In this document: positions 42,416 to 50,366 of the stretch, one piece after another
Layout: each line of letters opens with the position of its first letter
Numbering within the stretch: position 1 is the stretch's first letter
DNA from: an uncultured virus (IMG/VR IMGVR_UViG_3300036865_000084)
Lineage: Duplodnaviria > Heunggongvirae > Uroviricota > Caudoviricetes
Reading direction: 5' to 3' (one strand)
DNA: 64,000 nucleotides
Virus record (IMG/VR): IMGVR_UViG_3300036865_000084
Notes under the pieces: generated by a model
Databases searched by the model: none
What the model was told of the DNA's origin: nothing
The model's input: only the letters and a program-made list of their open reading frames with translations
Program-made: the position numbers and the translations under genes

Positions 42416-43506
42416 TTCCCGGCTTCGCTGTCGCCGCCGACGCCATCGTGAAGTGCGGCGCGTGCGGCGCCGCCGCCGGAGTGCCGTGCAAGAAGCTCGG
42501 CGGCGGCAAGGTACACATCGGCCGCCGAGTAAAGCGCCTGCTCCTCACTGCCAAAGCAACCCGCGAAGAGCGCGAGGTCATCGAGGAAGAGCTTCTGGAA
42601 CTCCTCCGCGAGGAGCTGGCGGCCAAGAAGCGCAAGCCGGCACGCCGCCAGCGGTCGTGATACGCTTCATCTGATGCCTGCGCCCAAACCCCCCTTCGAT
42701 GCCGTCGTGGAAGAGCTGCTCGGCGCGGTCTTCCGCGTCGGCGCCAAGGCCGCCAAGCGCGGAGCCGCCGCTGTCGTCTCGAGCGCGCTCGAGGACGCCG
42801 ACAAGCTCCGGGCGCGCGCCGACGGCATCATGAAGCACGCGAGGGCGCGCATCGAGAAGATCATGGAGAACCCCGAGGAGAAGAACGATGGCCGACACTA
42901 AGCAGCGCCGCGGGCGCACGTACATGCCGCCGAAGCCGCTCTGCAAGTCGTGCGGCAAGGAGCCGTACCACGGCAACCCCGAGAAGCTCTGCAAGAGCTG
43001 CGCGCACATCAACAACGTCAAAAACCAACTCGCCGGAGGCTCGTGATGCCTATCAACGTTCCCGACCGCGTCAACAAGCTCGCTCAGCGAGCGTTCTTCC
43101 AGGCGACCGCCAACTTCCTCTCGCACTGCCCGAACAACGTGCCGCTCGGCACGGGGGAGCATCCGACCGGCGGCGCCCCCCAGAGCGCGCTCGGCAAGCC
43201 GCAAGGCTTCCCGACGTGGGTCTCCGGCAACAACGGCATAGCGTATCGCGACCCCAACGCGCAGAAGAACGCCATGGCCGGCTTCTTCTCGGGGTCCGCG
43301 TTCGCCGCCACCGACGGCGTGCCCTGCAAGGGGTGTCGGCCGCCGGTCTCGAACAACGGCGCCTGTCCCGTCATCTCGTGACCGCCCTCGCCGTCGTCAC
43401 CCTCATGATCGTGTGCGTCGCCGTGGCGCACACGATCTACGAGTGCAAGCGCTTCTGGCGCCTTCGGCGAGAGTGCTCGGAGATCGAGCGGCGGATGCGG
43501 CGCTAG
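42412..43506 (+). other. Small hypothetical genes (42412-42660, 42674-42901, 42888-43046, 43046-43381 and one more)
   Basis: Coupled ORFs, several with CxxC. Confidence 0.5.
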
Positions 43507-44486
43507 CTGACGACGCGCAGCCACACGCTGTGTGTCGCGGCGGCGCCGCCGACGCTCTCCCAGGATAGCCACTGCGCTCGCGCGCGGCCGATCGGGTCCG
43601 ACGCGCGGTAGAACGGATTCCCGGTCAAGAAGCTGTCCTCGACGGCTTCGTAGCGGCGGAGCGATAGCTCGCTGACCCTTCCCGCCGCCGTCTTCCCCCA
43701 GCTCCCCTCGACCTCGACGCGCCGTTTCGCATCGAACATGCGCGCGAGGAGTCGCGCGTCGAGGCACACGCAGTCGTGACCGAGGAGAGCCAGCGTGAAG
43801 GAGAGCTTCGCGAGCGACAGGCCGGTGGGAAGGTCCGTCTCGGTCGCGAGGTGCCGCCGGAGCTTTCGGTCCTTGAGGCCCGACTCGATGGCTTTCCGAA
43901 TCGTCGGCGCGTAGGCGGCGACCTCACTGAACACCTTCGCTTTTGTGTTCTGAAGGCCGCGGAAGCATCCGCGGATGTCGTCGACGCTCACCTGCTCCAT
44001 CTGCCGGCCGCCGCGTTCGTAGAGCTCGACGAAGCAGTCGAAGGAGCGCTCGGCTTCCTCGATCGAGGTGCGCACGGTGCTGACGGCGAAGAGCGCCGAC
44101 AGGCGAATCGTGTCGATCGACGGCATCTCTTGCCGGTGGCGCATCAAAGCCGGCCGCACCTCGCCGTAGCCCGTGATGATGGGCGCGTCGGCGAAGAGCT
44201 GCGACGGCATCGGCGCAAAGCGGTAGCCCTTGGGCGCGAAGCGGCGGACAGACGCCTCCGAGGCAAGCCGTAACGGCGCGGCCGCGCGCGCCCACTGGGC
44301 TTCCATCCCCCAGTAGATCGCCGCCGGCGAGACGCTCACCGCGGCGATGGCGTCGCCGGGCTCGAAGTCGAAGACGCGCAAGCCGACGACGTCAACGCCG
44401 ACGAGACGGCCGGGGACGTCGCCCGTGCCGACGAGAAGAGGGACCGCGGCGGAGCCGTGGCGCACGAGGAGGAAGGGGAGGCCCAC
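43503..44486 (-). CDS. HhH-type DNA glycosylase-like protein
   Basis: GLSLAKLSFTLALLGHDCVCLDARLL resembles the Ogg-type HhH-K...D motif; TAGACT 6 nt before GTG. Confidence 0.45.
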   Translation of the reverse strand: MGLPFLLVRHGSAAVPLLVGTGDVPGRLVGVDVVGLRVFDFEPGDAIAAVSVSPAAIYWGMEAQWARAAAPLRLASEASVRRFAPKGYRFAPMPSQLFADAPIITGYGEVRPALMRHRQEMPSIDTIRLSALFAVSTVRTSIEEAERSFDCFVELYERGGRQMEQVSVDDIRGCFRGLQNTKAKVFSEVAAYAPTIRKAIESGLKDRKLRRHLATETDLPTGLSLAKLSFTLALLGHDCVCLDARLLARMFDAKRRVEVEGSWGKTAAGRVSELSLRRYEAVEDSFLTGNPFYRASDPIGRARAQWLSWESVGGAAATHSVWLRVVS

Positions 44487-44498
44487 GAGAGAAGTCTA

Positions 44499-45008
44499 CT
44501 AGCATCCGCAAGGATCGACATCGATTGCCGGCCACGCGCGACGGCTCCACCCCGCTTTTCGTCGTTCGAAATCCTTGCAGCCGCCGCACTGCCAGTGCGC
44601 AGGCGTCTGGAGCAGTAAGCGTTCGTCGTAAGTCCGAGACGCCGGCGGAGTATCCCAGCCCGCGCGGTAGAGGGACGCCCAGGATTCGCGGCCAGGCACC
44701 ACGATCCGCGCGCCGCACGCGCAATCGAACTCGAGTTGCGCCGGACGCTCCCAGTACCTCTTCGGCTCTTTCGGCATCGTGTAGATCTCGCCGTAGAAGC
44801 CTCTCTTGACGCTGCGGCTGCAATTCATCGCCAGTTGCGCGCGCCACTCTTCGATCGTCATGCTGCCCTTCACCAAGTTGCAGCTCGGGCAAGCTGGGAC
44901 GAGATTGCGCCCTTCACCGCCTCCGCGTTGCTTGGGAATCTTGTGCTCGCGGTAGCGAGGGCCCGGAACGACGCTCCCGCAGTACCAGCACGGCATCACC
45001 TTGGTCAT
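44499..45008 (-). CDS. HNH endonuclease
   Basis: CWYCG...EHKIPKQRGG...NLVPACPSCNLVKG. Confidence 0.8.
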   Translation of the reverse strand: MTKVMPCWYCGSVVPGPRYREHKIPKQRGGGEGRNLVPACPSCNLVKGSMTIEEWRAQLAMNCSRSVKRGFYGEIYTMPKEPKRYWERPAQLEFDCACGARIVVPGRESWASLYRAGWDTPPASRTYDERLLLQTPAHWQCGGCKDFERRKAGWSRRAWPAIDVDPCGC

Positions 45009-46045
45009 TGCTCTCTCTTCTTGCCGAACAGTCCGCGCGTCGCCCCCGCATCGAACGGAGACTCGAGCCGGCGATATTTGTCGAACTGAAAGTGGCTCCG
45101 GTGCCCCGTCTGACCCATCGCCGACGCGCGATCGATGCCGGCTAGATGCGCGGAGGTCACGTAGCCGGCGCGTAGAGAGTGACCGGCGAAATCGCCCGGA
45201 ATGTTTCCCGCCTTGGCGGCGCGCTGCACGATTTCGGCGACGATGCGCGGATCAAGCCTCCGATCGATCACAACGCCGTTCTCGATGGGGCGATAGATCA
45301 ACCCCCGGGTGATGCCGGCGGCGCGCAGCCATCGCGAGAGAGCGCGAACGGCGCATAGTTCGGGGTAGTCGCGGTTGCGCTCGAACGTCTTCACCGTGGG
45401 CTTGTCGCCGGTCTGGCTTGTCTTTGAGCGCCGGACAGTGATCGCAAACTCGCCGCGCGCCTTGTCGGTTGCGATGTCGGCTGTGACGACAGCCACCAGC
45501 TCGGAGCGGCGAAAGCCGCCGTACAAGCCGGTGAGAAACATCGAGAGGTCTCTGAGCGCCTCGAGCTCGGTAACGCCGTCGCCGATGTGCTCGACAAACT
45601 GCCACACCAGGTTCGGCGTGATGGCCGTGACGCGCCGTTCGAACAGCCCAAGCTCGGCGCAACGGACCGCGGCGCCCTCTAGAGCGTCATCGATCGCCGC
45701 CGGGCGCCCCTTCTCTGGCCATCCGCGCGCCCCGTTACCGCGAAGTTTGTCCGCGATGCCCGCGTACGCGCGGCGGATCGTGGAGATCTTGCGGTAGTTA
45801 TCTGCGAGCCATGTGAGGTGCGTCGCTACGGCGCGCGGGGTCGCAGCCTCCGCGTTGATGCCTCGCTCACGACACCATCGCTCGAACGCGGCCCAATCGG
45901 CCGCGTACGCGTCGTACGTGGCTTCGGAGCGCCGCTTGCGTACGATCTCGGCCGATCGTCGTACGTCCTCGGCTAGCTGTATAGATAGCGCGTAACTATC
46001 GGGAATTACTACGATTTTCGCGTTTTTAGCCTCGTCGTCCGGCAT
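45005..46045 (-). CDS. Tyrosine recombinase (Cre-like)
   Basis: SAM-like N-domain; RD...GGFRRSEL, RSKT, GHSLRAG, TGHRS...KY. Confidence 0.9.
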   Translation of the reverse strand: MPDDEAKNAKIVVIPDSYALSIQLAEDVRRSAEIVRKRRSEATYDAYAADWAAFERWCRERGINAEAATPRAVATHLTWLADNYRKISTIRRAYAGIADKLRGNGARGWPEKGRPAAIDDALEGAAVRCAELGLFERRVTAITPNLVWQFVEHIGDGVTELEALRDLSMFLTGLYGGFRRSELVAVVTADIATDKARGEFAITVRRSKTSQTGDKPTVKTFERNRDYPELCAVRALSRWLRAAGITRGLIYRPIENGVVIDRRLDPRIVAEIVQRAAKAGNIPGDFAGHSLRAGYVTSAHLAGIDRASAMGQTGHRSHFQFDKYRRLESPFDAGATRGLFGKKREQ

Positions 46046-46221
46046 CGCGATAAGGGCAAGTTACCGCAAGGGTTTCGAGGAATCCAGGCAAAGCAGCCCA
46101 AGGGAGCTCGCGCGAGGCCTCCCGCGCAAGCCTTCCAAGCGCCCCTCGAGCGCTTGGCGCCCGCGCGCCCAGCTGGACGCGCCTCCGCGCGAGAGGGCCC
46201 CGCGCTCGCGCCAGGACGCTC

Positions 46222-46413
46222 TCAGGCTGGCTTTTGCTCGTACGCCCTAAGCATCGCGTGCAAGGTCCGGGTGACGTTCCAAGCGCCGTCCGGATCGTTC
46301 TTTTGGCGCCGATCTCGCTCGGCTAGCACCTTGGCGTAGACATCGCCTTTGAGCCGGAGCGTCATCACGTGGTCATCGGGTGTCGATTCGGCTTTCGCTT
46401 GTTTTCGTGCCAC
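46222..46413 (-). CDS. Small RHH-like regulator
   Basis: HVMTLRLKGDVYAKV...NVTRTLHAML. Confidence 0.55.
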   Translation of the reverse strand: MARKQAKAESTPDDHVMTLRLKGDVYAKVLAERDRRQKNDPDGAWNVTRTLHAMLRAYEQKPA

Positions 46414-46431
46414 GCCAGAGCGCCAGCAAAA

Positions 46432-46605
46432 GGTATACCTTCGATACTTGGCACGTATCTACGCGATACGTCACTAGCGCGCCTCGAACGAGTGGGGCGA
46501 GACGCCCTAGCGTAAGTCCCTGATGTCCCGTAGACACCTAGGCGATATGTCCCAGATACCCAAAAGTGACCAAGTGATATCGGGTAGATACCTCTGGCAT
46601 ACCAC
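46432..46605. promoter_or_regulatory. Helically phased GATAC-like operator array
   Basis: Cores at 46522, 46533, 46544, 46555, 46566, 46576, 46587, 46598; also 46443 and 46465. Confidence 0.55.
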
Positions 46606-46630
46606 TAGCAATGTACCCTGATTGACGGGA

Positions 46631-47080
46631 CGAGAGACGCGACGCGAAGAAGGTCTCTCGCACCGGTTACGCGCAGCATAGGCACAGGGTGTCCGGGAGC
46701 CATCCCTACACCCCAAGTCGAGGCCGAACCGTACGGCACGGCAAGTAGCGCCGCCCTGGCGAAAGCAACTTGAGGGGCGGGTCACGCGAAAACCGGCACA
46801 CGTCGGGATCGTTGGCAACGCTTGGGGCTACGAAGGAAGGGCGAGGATCGGCGAAACGCGGGCAAAGCCGCAACCCATAGCAACGCGCAAAGCGCCGAAA
46901 GCGCGCCCTACGAAGCGTCGAAGGACGTTGGGCGCGCCCTTTCGGTCGACGAACTACCGGGTGACCCGCTTGGGCCCGAGATGGGGTGCCTCGACGCGTT
47001 CACGAGTCATGACTTGGGACGCGCTCGGAGCGAGCGTGCGATTGCGCTCCTAGCCCGGTAGGGCGTCGACCGAAGGGAGA
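46631..47080 (+). ncRNA. Candidate large structured RNA or leader
   Basis: Several nested long-range helices, GNRA-like loops, no convincing ORF. Confidence 0.55.
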
Positions 47081-47088
47081 GACGCGAG

Positions 47089-47370
47089 ATGGATCGACCG
47101 GTCAGACACGGCGCATGCGACGCATGCGCGAGCGACGTTTTCGCAGAGGGCGAGAGCTTGTGCGTAGCTTGCAGGGTGCGCCTCGGAAGCGTCGTTCGCA
47201 TCGGGCTCGGCTACCGCATGGGCGGGAGGTACGAGCCGGACGAATGCAGCGGAACGAAGGCTCGCATCACGAGGATCGAAGGAAACGAGTACGTGCTCGA
47301 AACCGATGCGGGGCGCGAGCTATACGTGCACCGGAGTAGGCTTCAAACGAGCTACGTGCTTCATCGCTGA
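47089..47370 (+). CDS. Hypothetical protein
   Basis: GGAGAGACGCGAG RBS motif before ATG. Confidence 0.55.
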   Translation: MDRPVRHGACDACASDVFAEGESLCVACRVRLGSVVRIGLGYRMGGRYEPDECSGTKARITRIEGNEYVLETDAGRELYVHRSRLQTSYVLHR

Positions 47371-47436
47371 CGGTTTCGCTGACAGCCTCGCGTGCGGGGC
47401 TGTAAGCGGCATCGCCGCACTACAGGAGACGCGAAC

Positions 47437-47616
47437 ATGAAGATCGGACGTTGCCCCGTGACGGGGCGCGCCCGCGTCGTCGTGATCCACGATGGCAAGA
47501 TCGTGGGCCACGCGTGCTACCCGGAAAAGCTCTCGAAGCTCTTCCGGGAGTACCCCGGCGCGGTCGCATTCGGGACGCTCGAAGCTATCGCCAACATCAA
47601 TCCGGAGTTGTCGTGA
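47437..47616 (+). CDS. Hypothetical protein
   Basis: GGAGACGCGAAC-ATG. Confidence 0.55.
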   Translation: MKIGRCPVTGRARVVVIHDGKIVGHACYPEKLSKLFREYPGAVAFGTLEAIANINPELS

Positions 47617-49148
47617 GCATCGGCGCCAAGGTGCAAAGCGACGTGACTGCGCTTCTCAAGGCGCGGCACACGCTGCTCTGGATCGTGACGCGGGAAGAGA
47701 CGCGCGTGGAGCGCGCGCTCATCGACGCGTGCGCGGACGCGAAGTATGCGCCGCTTTTCTGGGACTGCGCGACGGGCCTTTCGGACGCGTCGGGCAAGTC
47801 GGTGGACGCGCGCTTGCGCGACCCTGGCGCCTGCCTCGACCGCGTGCGCGACCGCTTGGAGCGCAACGTGTACGTGATGCGTGACCTGCACAAGTGGTTC
47901 GATCCGGTCGTGCTCCGCAACGTGCGGAGCTTGGCGCGGTCGCTCCAAGGTGCGTCGCGCGGTGAGGCTCGCGCGATCGTGATCTTGACGCCATCTTCTG
48001 AGGTGCCGCCCGAGCTCGCGGGGCACGCGACCGTGATCGACTGGCCGATCCCCGATCGGGCCGAGATCTCCAAGCTCTTGGACGACGTCCTTGCAGCGCT
48101 CCCCCCGGGGCTCGCCGCGTCGGCGGCACCCGAGCGCGACGCCGCGATCGACGCTGCCGTCGGCCTCTCGGCCGAGGAAGCCTCGAATTGCTACGCGAAG
48201 TCTCTCGTTGCGACCAAGCGCATCGACCCCGCGATCGTCGCGGGCGAGAAGAAGCGCGTGATCGCTCGCGAGAAGGTTCTCACGTGGCACGATCCGGACC
48301 CGCGCGGCCTCGACGCGGTCGGGGGGCTCGACACGCTGAAAGCGTGGCTCGCGCAACGCCGGCAAGCGTTCTCGCCGGAAGCGCGCGCCTACGGGCTGCC
48401 CTCTCCCAAGGGATGCATGCTCGTCGGCGTCCCGGGGTGCGGCAAGTCGCTCACGGCGAAAGCCGTCGCGAGCGCGTGGGGAATGCCGCTCCTCCGGCTC
48501 GACATGGGCGCGCTCAAGTCGAAGTGGGTGGGCGAGAGCGAGGCGAACATTCGTCGCGCGCTGCAAGTTGCCGAGGCGGTCTCGCCGTGCATTCTCTGGC
48601 TCGACGAGATCGAAAAGGCGCTCGCGGGAAGCACCGGCCCGCAAGGGGACGGTGGCGTGGCAGCCGATGCGCTCGGCGCGGTCCTCTCGTGGATGCAAGA
48701 GCGCTCGGGAAGCGTCTTCGTCGTCGCGACCGCGAACGACGTACGGGCGCTCCCCCCGGAGCTCCTTCGCAAGGGTCGGTTTGACGAGGTGTTCTTCGTC
48801 GACCTTCCTACGGCGCGCGAGCGCGAAGACATCGCCCGAGCGGCCCTCAAGGCGCACGGGCGAGAGCTCGACATGCGCGAGATCGCGATTGCGACCGCTG
48901 GTTTCACCGGCGCCGAAATCGCGGCCCTCGTCCCCGATGCGCTCTTTACCGCGTTTGCGGACGGGGCGCGCAGCTTGACGGTGCGGGACGTGCTCGACGC
49001 GGCATCGTGCGTGGTGCCGCTCAGCAAGACCGCTGCCGAGCGAATCGAAAACTTGCGAGCGTGGGCGAAGGGACGCGCCAGGCTCGCCTCGAAACCGGAG
49101 GTTCAGGAAAGCGGCCCGGCAAGGTCGCTCGACATCGACGCAAACTGA
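47613..49148 (+). CDS. AAA+ ATPase (Ycf46/SpoVK-like)
   Basis: GVPGCGKSLTAK, LWLDEIEK, ATAN, LPPELLRKGRFDE. Confidence 0.9.
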   Translation: MSIGAKVQSDVTALLKARHTLLWIVTREETRVERALIDACADAKYAPLFWDCATGLSDASGKSVDARLRDPGACLDRVRDRLERNVYVMRDLHKWFDPVVLRNVRSLARSLQGASRGEARAIVILTPSSEVPPELAGHATVIDWPIPDRAEISKLLDDVLAALPPGLAASAAPERDAAIDAAVGLSAEEASNCYAKSLVATKRIDPAIVAGEKKRVIAREKVLTWHDPDPRGLDAVGGLDTLKAWLAQRRQAFSPEARAYGLPSPKGCMLVGVPGCGKSLTAKAVASAWGMPLLRLDMGALKSKWVGESEANIRRALQVAEAVSPCILWLDEIEKALAGSTGPQGDGGVAADALGAVLSWMQERSGSVFVVATANDVRALPPELLRKGRFDEVFFVDLPTAREREDIARAALKAHGRELDMREIAIATAGFTGAEIAALVPDALFTAFADGARSLTVRDVLDAASCVVPLSKTAAERIENLRAWAKGRARLASKPEVQESGPARSLDIDAN

Positions 49149-49221
49149 CATGCTGCGCGGTCGCGCCCTCAGGGAAGACTTGGGGGCGCGCACGCGACGT
49201 ACGTCGCAGGAGACGCGAACC

Positions 49222-49956
49222 ATGAAAACTCAGATCATCAAGCCGGGGCTGTTGGTGGTGTTGAAGAGCACCGTGGCGGGGGGCGTGAGCTACAAGCGCG
49301 TGGACCTCGAAAACGACGCGAACCGCTCGCGCTGGGAGACCACGCGCATCGTCGACGATCCTCAGGAGCACGATCGCGCGACGAAGGCTCGCAGCAAGGC
49401 GAGCGCCGAGATCCGCGCCGTGTGCAGCGCGACCGCGTTCGGGCTCTTGTGCCCTGAGGACCGGGAGAAGGACCTCGACGGCGCCATCGCGCGGGCTCGC
49501 GCCATCGTGGACGAGCACAACCAGAGCGCGACGTTCACCAGGATCGCGATCTACGCCCTCAAGGGGCGCATCGCGTCGACCGACGAGGAGGCCGCGCGCG
49601 CCATCGGCGAGGAGGTGCGCAGCCTCGTGGACGCGATGGGCGTCGGCATCGACAAGCTCGATCCGGAAGCCATCCGAGAGGCCGCGACGAAGGCGAAGGC
49701 GCTCACCGCGATGCTGGACGATTCACAAGTCGAGAAGGTCAGCGAAGCGATCAAGCAGGCGCGCAGCGCGGCTCGCGCCATCGTCAAGCGCGTCGAGAAG
49801 GAGGGCGAGGCGGCTGCCGTGGTCTTGGCCGATATCCAGCGGGGCGCCATCGAGAAGGCGCGCATGGCTTTCCTCGACTTGGACGACGCGCCGGCGCGCG
49901 AGGAGTCGATGCCTCACGTAGACGTGCAGCGGTTCGACGGCATCGAGGTGCAGTGA
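49222..49956 (+). CDS. Helical hypothetical protein, likely ATPase partner
   Basis: RBS motif; follows the AAA gene. Confidence 0.65.
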   Translation: MKTQIIKPGLLVVLKSTVAGGVSYKRVDLENDANRSRWETTRIVDDPQEHDRATKARSKASAEIRAVCSATAFGLLCPEDREKDLDGAIARARAIVDEHNQSATFTRIAIYALKGRIASTDEEAARAIGEEVRSLVDAMGVGIDKLDPEAIREAATKAKALTAMLDDSQVEKVSEAIKQARSAARAIVKRVEKEGEAAAVVLADIQRGAIEKARMAFLDLDDAPAREESMPHVDVQRFDGIEVQ

Positions 49957-50291
49957 TGGCGTGCATGAACATGCTCGCTCCGGGGCAGACGCTCATCGAG
50001 CGCATGGCCCAGGTGGAAGAGGCGCTCGCGAGGTTGCGGGCGTCGCTCACGAGCGGACGCGTACGCGTCGCAATCGGTCCGAGGGGCGAGGTCTCGTTCT
50101 CGGGCTGGGAAGACCGGGACGGCGTGAACGACGCGTGCGCCTACCGGGCCCTCGCGGTCGCGAACAGCTGGGAGCTCCGGCAAGCGGTCGCCCGCGCCGA
50201 AGCTCAGAGCGGACGCAAGGTGAACGCGCACGCGGTCGCCAGCGGCGCGCACTCGCACGACGGGGGCAAGACCTGGCACAAGGGACACTGA
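49956..50291 (+). CDS. Hypothetical protein with His-rich C-terminus
   Basis: TGATG coupling; ends HSHDGGKTWHKGH. Confidence 0.6.
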   Translation: MACMNMLAPGQTLIERMAQVEEALARLRASLTSGRVRVAIGPRGEVSFSGWEDRDGVNDACAYRALAVANSWELRQAVARAEAQSGRKVNAHAVASGAHSHDGGKTWHKGH

Positions 50292-50366
50292 CGGTTACGC
50301 GGGCGCGCTCTCTCCGGAGACGAGGGGGCGCGCACGCGGCATCGTGAGCCGCAGGGAGACGCGAAG

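Noticed and set aside
45005..46220. attP/attL site or prophage boundary near the recombinase
   Set aside because: No tRNA, host genes or identifiable core repeat; viral-type genes continue on both sides.
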